Below, one piece after another: positions 10,027-21,989 of a stretch of DNA of 64,000 nucleotides. The notes beneath the pieces were generated by a model. It made no database searches. It was given only the letters and a program-made list of their open reading frames with translations, and was not told where the DNA came from. Location of the stretch: assembly GCA_963715075.1 (NCBI GenBank), contig CAVQRA010000004.1:601555-665554 (forward strand). The letters run 5' to 3'. The stretch's first letter is position 1, and each line of letters starts with the position of its first letter. The stretch comes from an uncultured Actinomycetes bacterium (lineage in GTDB: Bacteria > Actinomycetota > Thermoleophilia > Gaiellales > Gaiellaceae). Made by a program: the position numbers and the translations under genes.

Positions 10027-12109
10027 ATGAGCGGCACCGTGCCGCGTCGTCTTCACGCCGTCCGGGCGGCGCGGCGAGTTCGAGCCGCGGCACGACCGTG
10101 CTCGACGCCGCGCGGCGGCTCGGGGTCGACATCGACTCGGTCTGCGGCGGCCGCGGCATCTGCGGGCGCTGCCAGGTCGAGGTGAGCGAGGGCGAGCACG
10201 CGAAGCACGCGATCGTCTCGACGGCTCGCATCTCTCGCCGTGAGCGACGGTCGAGCGCGCGTACGGCGGCGACCGCGGCCGCTGCGCCCGGGCCGCCGGC
10301 TCGGCTGCACCGCCCGCGTCGAGGCGGACCTCGTGATCGACGTGCCGCCCGAGAGCCAGGTGCACCGGCAGGTCGTGCGCAAGGAGGCCGACGCGCACCC
10401 GATCGAGGTCGATCCCGTCGTCCGGCTCCACTACGTCGAGGTCGAGGAGCCCGACCTCGGCTCGCCGACGAGCGACCTCGGCCGCCTGCGCGAGGCGCTC
10501 GAGCGCGAGTGGGAGCTGACCGGGCCTCTCGTTCGACGCCCACGTCGCTGCGCCGCGCTCGCAGACGGCGCACTCCGCGCTCAGCGCCGACTCACGGCCA
10601 CGGCAGGACAGCGCCGTGCGCTGGCGCCCTGGACGGTCACCGTCGCCGTGCACGAGGCGCGCGACGTGACCGCGGTCTGGCCCGGCTTCCACGACGCGGC
10701 GCTACGGGATCGCGTTCGACATCGGCTCGACGACGGTCGCCGGGCATCTCTGCGACCTCCACACGGGCGACGTGCTCGCCTCGGCCGGCGAGATGAACCC
10801 GCAGATCCGCTTCGGCGAGGACCTGATGAGCCGCGTCTCGTACGTGATGATGAACCCCGGCTCCGAGAAGGAGCTGACGCGGCCGTGCGCGGCTGCCTCG
10901 CGAAGCTCACCGCCGAGCTCGCGAACGACGCCGGCGTCGATCGCGCGACGACATCCTCGAGATCACGCTCGTCGGCAACCCGATCATGCACCACCTCCTG
11001 CTCGGGATCGACCCGACCGAGCTCGGCGGCGCGCCGTTCGCGCTCGCGGTCGACGAGGCGGTGCGCGTGCCCGGCGTCCGACCTCGGCCTGCCCGTGCAA
11101 CCCGGGTGCGCGCGCCTACGTGCTGCCCTGCATCGCCGGCCACGTCGGCGCCGACACCGCCGGCGTGATCCTCTCCGAGGCGCCGTACCTCGGCGACGAG
11201 GTCAACCTGATCGTCGACGTCGGCACCAACGCCGAGATCGTGCTCGGCAACCGCGACGCGCCTGCTCGCCGCGTCGAGCCCGACCGGCCCGGCCTTCGAG
11301 GGCGCGCAGATCAGCTGCGGCCAGCGGGCCGCGCCCGGCGCGATCGAGCGCGTGCGCATCGACCCGGACACGCTCGAGCCGCGCTTCCGCGTGATCGGCA
11401 GCGACGCCTGGTCGGACGAGCCCGGGCTTCGCGGGCACGCACGTCACCGGCGTCTGCGGCTCCGGGATCATCGAGGCGATCGCCGAGCTGCACCTCGCGG
11501 GGATCCTCACGACCGACGGCACGATCGACGGCGCGCTCGCCGCGCGCTCGCCGCGGATCGTCGCCGACGGGCGCACCTTCTCGTACGTGCTCTCCGACGG
11601 CGAGCCCGAGCTGCGCGATCACGCAGAACGACGTCCGCCAGATCCAGCTCGCGAAGGCGGCGCTCCACGCGGGCTGCACGCTGCTGCTCGAGCGCTACGG
11701 GATCGAGCGGGTCGACCGGATCCGGCTCGCCGGCGCGTTCGGCACCCACATCGACCCGGTGCTACGCGCTCGTGCTCGGCCTCGTCCCCGACTGCGACCC
11801 GGCCGGCGTGACCTCCGCCGGCAACGCCGCCGGCACCGGCGCGCGCATCGCGCTGCTCGACCGCGCCGCCCGCGCCGAGATCGAGGACGTCGTGCGGCGG
11901 GTCGAGAAGATCGAGACCGCCGTCGAGCCGCGCTTCCAGGAGCTGTTCGTCGGCGCGATGGCGATCCCGCACGACACCGACCCGTACGAGCGGCTCGCGC
12001 CGGCCGTCACGCTGCCCGCCGCGCCGGACGTCGAGCCAGCCCGAGCGCGCCGACCGGCCCCGCCGCCGCCGCGCCGCAGCCCGATCCACCGAAAGGAGCA
12101 CCGACATGA
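10027..12109 (+). CDS. ASKHA-domain reductive activator of corrinoid enzymes (RACE/RamA-like, DUF4445) with N-terminal 2Fe-2S domain; multiple frameshifts
   Basis: SVCGGRGICGRC, RRLGCTA, DIGSTTVA, NPQIRFGEDLMSRVS, VGNPIMHH, HVGADT, VDVGTNAEI, GPAFEGA, GVCGSG, ITQNDVRQIQLAK, LAGAFG, GNAAGTGA. Confidence 0.9.
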
Positions 12110-13654
12110 CCGAGCACCGCATGGCCGCAGCGACCGGCGGCCGCGCCGGGCGGCAGGCCGCGCGGCTCGCCGCGCCAGGTCGAGCGCGTCCCGTACCTCA
12201 CGCGGACGCTGACGCCGTTCGAGGTGCTCTCCGAGGAGGGCCTCTCGCTGATCGAGGAGAACGCCGACACGATCCTCGAGCAGGTCGGGATCGACTTCCG
12301 CGACACGCCCGACGCGCTCGCGCTCTTGCGCGACGCCGGCGCCGACATCGACGGCGAGCGCGTGCGCTTCCCGCGCGGGCTCGCGCCGACAGCTCGTCCA
12401 GGCGACGCGCGCCGGCGCACGTTCACGCAGGTCGCGCGGAACCCCGCGAACAACGTCGACATCGGCGGCGCGAACACGGTCTTCGCGCCCGCGTACGGCT
12501 CGCCGTTCGTCCGCGACCTCGACAACGGCCGCCGCTACGGGACGATCGAGGACTTCCGCAACTTCGTGAAGCTGACGTACCTGACGCCGTTGCTGCACCA
12601 CTCGGGCGGCACCGTCTGCGAGCCGGTCGACCTGCCGGTCAACAAGCGGCACTACGACATGGTCTACGCGCACATGCGCTGGTCGGACAAGCCGTTCATG
12701 GGCTCGGTCACCCACCCGGAGCGGGCGCGCGACACGGTCGAGATGGCCCGGATCCTCTTCGGCGCGGACTTCCTCGAGGAGAACACCGTCGTCGTTCGCC
12801 TGATCAACGCGAACTCGCCGCTCGTCTGGGACTCGACGATGCTCGGCGCGGCGACGGCGTACGCGGAGGCGAACCAGGCGGTGATGATGACGCCGTTCAT
12901 CCTCGCGGGCGCGATGAGCCCGACCACGGTCGCGGCCACCTGCGCGCAGACGCTCGCCGAGTCGCTCGCCGGGATGACCTACTGCCAGCTCGTGCGCCCG
13001 GGCGCGCCGGTCGTGCTCGGGCTCGTTCGCCTCGTCGATGTCGATGCAGTCGGGCGCGCCGACCTTCGGCACGCCCGAGCCGGCGCTCGTCCTCTACGTG
13101 ATGGCGGCGCTCGCGCGACGGCTCGGCGTCCCGTTCCGCTCGGGCGGCGCGCTGACGGCGTCGAAGATCGCCGACGCCCAGGCGGCCTACGAGTCGGCGA
13201 ACACGATGCAGCCGACGATGCTCGGCGGCGTCAACTTCGTCCTCCACGCGGCCGGCTGGCTCGAGGGCGGGCTCACGATGGGCTACGAGAAGTTCATCCT
13301 CGACGCCGACCAGCTCGGCGATGTGGCACGCGTTCGCCAAGGGCGTCGACCTGTCCCCGAACGGCCAGGCGCTCGACGCGTTCCTCACGAACGAGCCCGG
13401 CACGCACTTCCTCGGCCACCCGCACACGCTCGCGAACTTCGAGACCGCGTTCTAGCGCTCGAACGTCGCCGACAACGCGAGCTTCGAGCAGTGGGAGGCC
13501 GAGGGCGCGAAGGACGCGACCGTGCGCGCGAACGCGATCTGGAAGAAGATGCTCGCCGAGTACGAGGCGCCGCCGATCGACGACGCGCGTCGACGAGGAG
13601 CTGCGCGAGTTGATCGAGCGCAAGAAGGCGTCCTTCCCGGACTCGAACGTGTGA
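12106..13654 (+). CDS. MttB-superfamily methyltransferase (glycine betaine methyltransferase MtgB-like), non-pyrrolysine; frameshifts plus one in-frame TAG at 13453
   Basis: FAPAYGSPFVRD, HHSGGTVCEPVDLP, SDKPFMG, INANSPL, TPFILAGAMSP, SGAPTFGTPE, RSGGALTASKIADAQAAYES, HAAGWLEGGL. Confidence 0.9.
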
Positions 13655-13665
13655 GGTCCATCGCG

Positions 13666-14536
13666 ATGAGCACCACAGCCCACCGCACCCGTAGCAGACG
13701 CGATCGCGCGAGCTCGTCGAGCGCTCGCGCTACGAGGTGCATCCCGCTCGACGGCATCGAGGAGCAGGTGCTCGAGCACGTGCCCGTCGACGTGACGCTC
13801 ACCGTCACCGCGTCGCCCGCGAAGGGGCTCGAGCCGACGTTCGACCTCGTCGAGCGGTTCGTCGCGCACGGCTACACCGTCGTCCCGCACCTCTCGGCGC
13901 GCCTCGTCGCGACCGCGAGCACCTCGCCGAGCTCGTCGCGCGATGCGGCGGAGCTCGGGCTGCGCGACGTCTTCGTCGTCGCCGGCGACGCCGCAGGAGC
14001 CGGCCGGCCCGTACGAGGGCGCCGCGGCGCTGCTCGACGATCTGGCCACGAGCTCGGCCACCCGTTCGAGCGAGATCGGGATCACCGGCTACCCGGAGAG
14101 CCACCCGTTCATCGACGACGCGACGACGATCGACGCGATGTTCGCGAAGGCGAGCGCACGCGACCTACATCGCGAGCCAGGTCTGCTTCGATCCCAGCGG
14201 TGACGGCGCCGGTGGATCGAGGACGTCTGGGCGCGCGGCACGCGGCTGCCGGTCTACGTCGGCATTCCCGGCGCCGTCTCGCGGGCGAAGCTGCTGCGCG
14301 TCTCGACCCGGATCGGGATCGGCGACTCGCTGCGCTTCCTGCGCAAGAACGGGTCGTTCGCGTCGCGCTTCCTGCACGGCGGCTTCAGCCCGGACCCGCT
14401 GATCGACGGGCTCGGTGCCGCTGCTCGCACGACCCCGAGCCGCAAGGTCGCCGGCTTCCACGTCTTCACGTTCAACGACGTCGAGGACACCGAGCGCTGG
14501 AGGCGTGGGCGGCTGGATGCGGGAGGCCTCGGATGA
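13666..14536 (+). CDS. metF: methylenetetrahydrofolate reductase family protein (frameshifted)
   Basis: TVTASPAKG, VPHLSAR, VFVVAGD, GITGYPESHP, SQVCFD, VYVGIPG, GIGDSLRFL, GFHVFTFN. Confidence 0.75.
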
Positions 14537-14566
14537 GCTGGCGGCCGCGGTCGGGACGCGGCTCGC

Positions 14567-14645
14567 ACGGGGTCAGGCCTCCGGCCTGCGGCCGGACGCC
14601 AGACCCGGCTGGAGTCTGGGGTCGCGCAGCGAGCCCTGACCCCGT
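14567..14645. repeat. REP-like palindromic element (GGGGTCAGG...CCTGACCCC)
   Basis: ACGGGGTCAGG pairs with CCTGACCCCGT; the internal unit GGGGTCAGGCCT...ACGCCAGACCC recurs at 17088-17125. Confidence 0.7.
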
Positions 14646-14671
14646 ACGGATCGAGCGACCCGGGGCACTGC

Positions 14672-16329
14672 GTGAGCGACGGTCGACTTCGTGATCGTCG
14701 GCGGCGGCTCCGCGGGCTGCGCGCTCGCGAACCGGCTCAGCGCCGACCCCTCGACGCGCGTGCTCGTGCTCGAGGCCGGCCGCACCGACTACAGGTGGGA
14801 CGTCTTCATCCACATGCCGGCCGGGCTCGCGACGCCGATCGGCAACCGCTTCTACGACTGGAAGTACGAGTCCGAGCCGGAGCCGCACATGAACGGGCGC
14901 CGCATCTACCACGCGCGCGGCAAGGTGCTCGGCGGCTCCTCGAGCATCAACGGGATGATCTTCCAGCGCGGCAACCCGCTCGACTACGAGCGCTGGGCCG
15001 CCGACCCGGGCATGGAGAGCTGGGACTACGCGCACTGCCTGCCGTACTTCAAGCGGATGGAGGACTGCACTCGCCGCGCCGCCCGACGACGCCTTCCGCG
15101 GCCGCGACGGGCCGCTCGGGCTCGAGCGCGGCCCGGCCACGAGCCCGCTGTTCGAGGCGTTCTTCGAGGCCTGCCGGCAGGCGGGCCACGTCGTCCACGA
15201 CGACGTCAACGGCGTCCGCCAGGAGGGCTTCTCGAAGTTCGACCGCAACATCCGCCGCGGTCGCCGCCTCAGCGCGGCGCGCGCGTACCTCCATCCGGTG
15301 CTGGACCGGCCGAACCTCGAGGTGCGCACGCGCGTCCAGGTCGCCCGCGTCCTCTTCGAGGGCACGCGTGCCGTCGGGGTCGAGACGACGAAGGGCGAGC
15401 GGATCCGCGCCGGCGAGGTGATCCTCTGCGGCGGCGCGATCAACTCGCCGCAGCTGCTGCAGCTCTCCGGCGTCGGCGCCCCGGCGCACCTGCAGGCCGC
15501 GGGCGTCCAGGCCGTGCACGACCTGCCCGGGGTGGGCGAGAACCTGCAGGACCACCTCGAGGTGTACGTCCAGTACGCATGCTCGCAGCCGGTCTCGATG
15601 CAGCCTGCGCTCGACAAGTGGCGCGCGCCGTGGATCGGCTTCCAGTGGCTCTTCTTCCGGAAGGGGCCGGCGGCGACGAACCACTTCGAGGCGGGCGGGT
15701 TCATCCGCTCGAACGACGACGTCGCCTACCCGAACCTGATGTACCACTTCCTCCCGCTCGCCATCCGCTACGACGGCTCCAAGCCCGAGGGCGGGCCACG
15801 GCTACCAGGTGCACGTCGGGCCGATGTACTCGGACGCCCGCGGCTGGATCCGCATCCGCAGCGCCGACCCGAGCGCCAAGCCGGCGCTGCGGTTCAACTA
15901 CCTCTCGACCGACCAGGACCGGCGCGAGTGGGTCGAGGCGATCCGCCGGACGCGCGAGATCATGGAGGCAGCCCGCGCTCGCGCCGTTCAACGCGGGCGA
16001 GATCTCGCCCGGCCCGACGGTCGCAGACCGACGAGGAGATCCTCGACTGGGTGCGGGCCGACGGTGAGACCGCCCTGCACCCGTCCTGCACGTGCCGCAT
16101 GGGCGTCGACGAGCTGTCGGTGGTCGACCCGGGCACGATGCGCGTCCACGGGCTGGAAGGCCTGCGCGTCGTCGACGCGTCGGTGTTCCCCTACGTCACG
16201 AACGGGAACATCTACGCGCCGACGATGATGGTGGCCGAGAAGGCGGCCGACCTGATCCTCGGCAACACGCCGCTCGCGCCCAGCGACGCCGCGTTCTACC
16301 GGCACGAGCCGACGTCCGCGAGCCAGTAG
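14672..16329 (+). CDS. betA: choline dehydrogenase (GMC oxidoreductase), frameshifted
   Basis: [81 protein letters not shown]. Confidence 0.9.
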
Positions 16330-16336
16330 AGGCGGC

Positions 16337-17061
16337 GTGCCCCTCCCCGAGCCGCCGCTGCGCATCACGGGGGTGACGCTCGGCGCCCCGGCCGGCCTGA
16401 CGGCGGAGCTCGCGACGTTCTACGGCGACACGCTCGGGCTGCCGACGTCGCGACCCGCCGACGAGAGGGTGGCGGTCACGGTCGGGGAGACCGTCCTCGA
16501 GCTGGTCGAAGGCGAAGGCGCTCCGTTCCACCACGTCGCGCTGCTCGTCCCGGGCGACCGCTTCACCGAGGCGCGCGCATGGGCCGCGGAGCGTGTCGCG
16601 CTGCTCCCGGAGGTCGAGACCGGCGAGGACGTGTTCGACTTCACGGGCTGGTCGGCGCTCGCGCTGCTACTTCCACGACCCGGCGGGCAGCATCGTCGAG
16701 CTGATCGCGCTCGCCGGCATCGCCGAGACCGGGGCCGTCGGCAGCTTCGCGGCGACCGAGCTGGTCGGGGTCTCGGAGGTCGGTCTCGTCGGTGACGTCG
16801 CCGCGCTGGCGGCACGGCTGGAGCGGCGACCTCGGGCTCGGGGTCTGGGACGGCGTCGTGGGCGTCCCGGGCCGCCTCGCGTTCGTGGGCGAGCGCGGTC
16901 GCTCGCTGATCCTCTGCCCTCCGGGTCGTGGATGGCTGCCGACAGGCCGCGCGGCCGAGCCGCATCCCGTCGAGGTCGAGCTCACGGGGATCGGGCCCGG
17001 CGAGCTGTCGGCCGAGCGCGGACGCATCCGCGTCCGGGCGCGAGCCGGCGGGCGAGGCTGA
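16337..17061 (+). CDS. VOC/glyoxalase-fold protein (frameshifted)
   Basis: TFYGDTLGL, FHHVALLVP, YFHDPAGSIVELIA, VSEVGLV. Confidence 0.65.
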
Positions 17062-17087
17062 AGCCACGCCGGGTGCCGTGCCGCGGC

Positions 17088-17237
17088 GGGGGTCAGGCCT
17101 GCCGCTTCGCGGCACGCCAGACCCCACGAGGGCCATGACGGCTCCGTCGGGCAGGGCCGGGCCAGCGATCCCGTCTGCCGCCCAACAGGAGGGGTTCCCT
17201 GGGGGAACCTGGGTTCCCCCGGCTTCAGGGGTCTGCC
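17088..17237. repeat. cluster of REP-like palindromes in convergent intergenic region
   Basis: GGGGGTCAGGCCTGCCGCTTCGCGGCACGCCAGACCCC (17088-17125) and GGGGGAACC-TG-GGTTCCCCC (17201-17220). Confidence 0.7.
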
Positions 17238-17312
17238 CTCGCGCGGCGTAGCCGCACGAGGGATCAACCGCGGGCGGGATCCGCTTCTGCGGATCTCGCG
17301 CTAGCGGACCAC

Positions 17313-17771
17313 TCAGCGGGACAAGGAGAGCACGGCCTTGACGATCCCGTCGTAGCCGGTGCAGCGGCAGAGGTTGCCGGAGAGGCCGATCCGCACCTCG
17401 TCCTCGGTCGGCGACGGGTTCTCGGCGAGGAGCGCGGTCGCCGAGACGAGCATCCCGGGCGTGCAGAACCCGCACTGGACGCCGCCGTGCTCGAGGAACG
17501 CCCTCTGCAGCGGGCTGAGCTCGCCGCCGGCGGCCAGGCCCTCGACCGTCGTGACCGCTGCCCCTTCGGCCTGCAGGGCGAGGTAGGAGCAGGAGTTCAC
17601 GGGCTTGCCGTCGAGCAGCATCATGCAGGCGCCGCACTCGGAGTCGTCGCAGCCCTCCTTCGCGCCGGTCAGCCCGACGGCCTCGCGGACGGCGACGAGC
17701 AGGCTCGTGTCCGGCTCGAGCTCGAGCGGGTAGGCGACGCCGTTGACGGTCAGCGTGACGGGCACCTTCAC
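17313..17771 (-). CDS. xanthine dehydrogenase family small (2Fe-2S) subunit (CoxS-like)
   Basis: KEGCDDSECGAC, NSC, QCGFCTPG, GNLCRCTGY; GGAGGA RBS. Confidence 0.92.
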   Translation of the reverse strand: MKVPVTLTVNGVAYPLELEPDTSLLVAVREAVGLTGAKEGCDDSECGACMMLLDGKPVNSCSYLALQAEGAAVTTVEGLAAGGELSPLQRAFLEHGGVQCGFCTPGMLVSATALLAENPSPTEDEVRIGLSGNLCRCTGYDGIVKAVLSLSR

Positions 17772-18684
17772 GAGAGTCCTCCATGCAGGGCGGGGCTGGC
17801 GGGGATCGGGACGTCGGTCGCCGCGCGCGCGTGCGAGCGCGGCCTCGATCGCGCGGCGGGCGATCACCTGCGGCCATCGCCCGGCGGTAGCCGCTCGGAG
17901 GCGCGGACGTCGGAGATCGGGGTCGCCGCCTCGGCGGCCGCGCGCGCGGCAGCCGCGATCGGCGTCGGCGCCGCCGTCGGTGCCGACGAGCGCCTGCCTC
18001 GGCCGCGGGCACGCGACGGATCGTCGGCGCGAGCGCCGTGATCGCGATCCGCGCGTCCGCGACGACGCCGTCCGTCGAGCGTGACGACGGCGGTCGCGCC
18101 GACGACCGCGATCTCCATCTGCCGGCGGTACTCGAGCCGGACGTAGCAGCTGCCCGTTCCCGCGGCCGGGTCGGGGACGTCGATCGCGACGAGCAGCTCG
18201 CCCGGCTGCGGCCGACGGTGCGTCCCGGGCCCGGCGAAGAGCTCCTCGACCGCGACCGAGCGGGTGCCGGCCGTCGAGCGCAGCGTCGCCGTGGCGCCGA
18301 GGCAGACGAGCGGCCCGCCCGTCTCCATCGCCGGCGAGGCGTTCATCACGTTGCCGCCGATCGTGCCGTGGCGCGGGTCGCGTGCGAGCCGACGATCGCG
18401 GACGCGTCGGCGAGCGCGGTGAGCCGCGCGCGGACGCGCGGGTCGGCGACGATCTCGGCGTGCGTGGCGAGCGCGCCGAGGCGGAGCGCTCCCGTCGCCT
18501 CGGTCGATCGCCGCGGAGCTCGTCGACCCGGTGGATCGCGACGAGCTGCTCGGGCAGCGGCGCCTTGCCCTGGCGGGCGCCGACGACGAGGTCGGTGCCG
18601 CCCGCGACCGGCCGGGCGCCCGCCGGCGAGCGCGGCCAGAGCCTCGTCGAGGGTCGTCGCCGTCGTGAACGTCTCGACGCTCAT
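17768..18684 (-). CDS. xanthine dehydrogenase family FAD subunit (CoxM-like), frameshifted
   Basis: AGGTDL, LRLGALATH, IVGSHATR..TIGGNVMNASPA, ATPISDVRAS. Confidence 0.85.
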
Positions 18685-20973
18685 GCCCGCCTCCTCCGGA
18701 TGCGCCGCTCCCAGACGCGCTCGGGCGTCATCGGCAGTCGCGTCGACGCGCGCGCCGATCACCTTCGCGATCGCGTTCGCGACCGCCCCGGCGGTCGGGA
18801 CGCACGGCGGCTCGCCGACGCCCTTCGAGCCGCGTCGGGCCGGCGTTCGGCGTGTCCGTCTCGATCCAGTCGATGTCGATCTGCGGTGCGTCGGAGGCGG
18901 TCACGAGCTTGTAGTCGAGCAGGTGCGCGTTGCGCTGCCGGCCGCTCTCGTCGAGCAGCGTGCCCTCCGTGAGCGCCTGGCCGATCCCCATCACGACGCC
19001 GCCGTAGACCTGGCCGTTCGCGCCGATCGGGTTGAGGATCCTGCCGCAGTCGTGCACGGCGGCGACCTCGAGCACGCGCGACGACGCCGGTCTCGCGGTC
19101 GACCTTGACGCGCGCCGCGTGCGCGATCAGCTGCGGCGCGAGGAACGACTCGACGCCGAGCCGGCCGACGCAGCCCTCGGCCGGCGCGGCGCGGCGCCTC
19201 GGGCACGATCGCCCGAGCCCGTCCCGTGGAACGTCGCGTCCGTCCGCGAGCTCGGCGATCGTGACCGACTTGTCGGGCGAGCCCTTGACGCGGATCGTGC
19301 CCTCGACGAGCTCGAGGTCGTCCCGCGCGGCCTCGAGCTCGCTCGGCGGCCGCGTCGAGCAGCTGCTCGCGCAGGTCGACCGCGGCGGCGATCACGGCGC
19401 GGCCGGTGTTGAACGTCGTCTGCGAGCCGCACGAGCCGCCGTCCCACGGCGCGGCGTCGGTGTCCTGGTAGAGCATCGTGAAGTCCTCGGGCTGCATGCC
19501 GAGCTCCTCCGCGACGTAGCTGCGGCATCGCCATCACGGAGCCGGTGCCGTTCTCCTGCGCGCCGGTGATGATCGTGCCGGTGCCGTCGGGGTTGAGCTT
19601 GACGTAGGCTCCCGACGTCATCGACGAAGCACGGCCACCAGCCGATCGCGACGCCGATCGCCTCGTCGTCCGGCAGCTCCTGGTCGTACGCCGATCAGCT
19701 CGACCGCCCGCTCGAGGACCTCGCCCATCGCGATCCCCTCGAGCACCTGCCCGGTCCCCGTGACCGACCCGTCCCGGATGACCGTGCGACGGCGCAGCTC
19801 GACCGGGTCGAGCCCGAGCGCCTCGGCGAGCTCGTCCATGTGCTGCTCGAGCGCCCAGCACGACCTGCGGCGCCGTCGGGGCGCGGATCGAGGACGCTGG
19901 GCTGGTTGTTCGAGTAGTTGAGGTAGGACGAGATGTCGACGTTCTCGAGCTCGTACGGCCCGTGCGCGTGCATCGCGGCCATCTGGGCGAAGAACCCGCC
20001 CTCGCCGCAGTAGGCGCCCTTGTCGAGCACGAGCCTGGCGCGGCGCGCGACGATCGTCCCGTCGCTGCGCGCGCCCGGTCTCGAGGTCGATCACCATGCC
20101 CTCGCGCCGGTGGCCGACCGCGAAGAACTCCTCGTGGCGCGTGAAGACGAGCTTCACCGGCCGCCCGGCCTTGCGCGCGAGCGCGGCGACGTGGCCCTCG
20201 AAGTGGAAGTCGCACTTGGCACCGAACCCGCCGCCGAGGAGCGGGACGATCACGCGCACGTGCGACTCGGGCATCGGCATCGTCTGCGCGACGCCGGCAC
20301 GGGCGGCGTACGGCACCTGCGTCGACGTCCAGACCGTCACCCTGTCGCCGCTCCACTGCGCGATCACCGCGCGCGGCTCGATCGGGACGCCCTGCACGGG
20401 ATCGGTCACGTAGCGGCCCCTGACGACGACGTCGGCGCTCGGCGAGCGCGGCGTCGACGTCGCCCGCGGACGATGGTCGAGTAGCCGAGCGTGTTGCCGT
20501 TCCGGCCCATGTCGTCGTCGCCCGAGTAGCTCTCCCACTCCGGGTGGACGAGCGGTGCGCCGTCGGCCATCGCCGCGTCGAAGTCGGTCACGACCGGCAG
20601 GTGCTCGTAGTCGACCTCGATCAGGGCGGCTGCGCGCTCGGCGATCTCCGGCGTGAGCGCGGCGACGCCCGCGACGATGTCGCCCTCGAAGCGGACGGTG
20701 TCGCGCGCGAACAGCCGGCGGTCCTGCACCATGCCGCCGTAGAGGACGTCGGGCACGTCCTCGTGGGTGACGACGGCGAGCACGCCCGGCAGCGGCCGCG
20801 GCGGCGGACGTGTCGATGCGCGTGATGCGGGCGTGCGTCTGGTCGGCGTAGCGGAACTTCGCGTGGAGCTGGCCGGTGAGGTTGAGGTCGGCCGTGTAGC
20901 GGCCGGTGCCCGTCACCTTCTCCTTGCCGTCCTGCCGGATGTGGGTCGCGCGGGGCTCTTCGAGCGCTGTCAC
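18681..20973 (-). CDS. xanthine dehydrogenase family molybdopterin-binding subunit (CoxL-like), frameshifted
   Basis: EKVTGTGRYTADL, PIEPRA, VWTSTQVP, LGGGFGAK, GAQENGTG, GSCGSQTT, HDCGRILNP, GQVYGGVVMGIG, GEPPCVP. Confidence 0.9.
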
Positions 20974-21047
20974 CGTGTCTCCTGGGGTCGCGGGCCTGCC
21001 GTCTGCCATCTTCGCAGGAGAGCGGTGGTCGCCGCCAGACGACGTGA

Positions 21048-21939
21048 TCAGGCTGCGCGCGGAGCGGCTGCGGCCGCGGCGAGGCCGAGGACTGCGCCCT
21101 CGCGGAGACCGCCCCGGGCGACGACGAGGTCGCGGCGGACGAGCCTCGAGATCTCGGCCAGGAGGATCGCGCCCCCGACGATGGTGGCCGCGCGATCGGG
21201 GTCGAGCCCGAGCGTGCGCGCAGTCTTCGCGATGGGCCGCCCGGCGCACTCGGCGATGAGGTCGTCGAGGTCCGCGCAGGACAGACGCGGGCCGATGGCT
21301 CGGCCGATCGCACGGGCCGTTCCGCCGACCGCGAGCACCTGCTCCGGCCGCTCCACCGCGACCTCGCGCAGCGAACGCGCGACGAGCGAGCGGGCACGGT
21401 CGATCTGTCGTGCGGCGGGGCGGATCCTCGGGGAGGAGCCGTTGGGTCAGCCGCAGCGAGCCCACGTCGAGCGAGTGCACCCAGGCAGCGCCGCGCGCCG
21501 GAGAGCCGACGGCGAGCTCGGTGGAGCCTCCCCCGACGTCGACGACGCCCACGAGCTCGGGGAGTCCGTCCGCTCGCGTCACGGCACCGGCGAACGCGAG
21601 CGTCCCCTCCTCCCGGTGGGTCAGGACCCGTACGGGCCACCCGGTGGCCGTGCCGAGCGCCGCCAGCAGTGGCACCGGATCGGCCGCCTGGCGACCGGGC
21701 GCGGTGACGAGGATCTCTGCGACGTCGAGACCGTGACGCTCGGCCCTCCCGGCGAACGCCGCCGCGACCTCGGCTGCCTCGCCGACCTTGCGCGAGCGGA
21801 GCCGGCCGCGGCGCTCGATCTCCGCGCCCAGGCGGAGGAAGGCCTTTGCACGATCCAGCGGCTCGATCTTCCGTCCACGAACGGACGCGACGAGCAGCCG
21901 CGCTGTGTTGGAGCCGATGTCGATCACGGCGACACGCAT
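21048..21939 (-). CDS. ppx: Ppx/GppA family exopolyphosphatase (short form), one frameshift
   Basis: AVIDIGSNTARL, REEGTLAF, VDVGGGSTE, SLDVGSLRL, AVGGT, GLREG. Confidence 0.88.
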
Positions 21940-21989
21940 CGCCGCCAGTGTGGCGAGCCGGGCGGTCGGAGCAGCCGGGAGCGCGGTTG

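Noticed and set aside
13453-13455. In-frame TAG in an MttB-family gene, suggestive of pyrrolysine
   Set aside because: It lies about 100 codons downstream of the canonical Pyl position (Leu here), in a F-[W/Y]-R-S context one substitution from TGG/TAC. No pyl genes are in the window, and a similar stray TAG occurs in the MMPL gene, so a sequencing error is most likely
17313-20973. Aerobic CO dehydrogenase (coxLMS)
   Set aside because: Lacks the AYxCSFR/AYRGAGR loop, gene order is L-M-S, and there are no coxDEFG accessory genes
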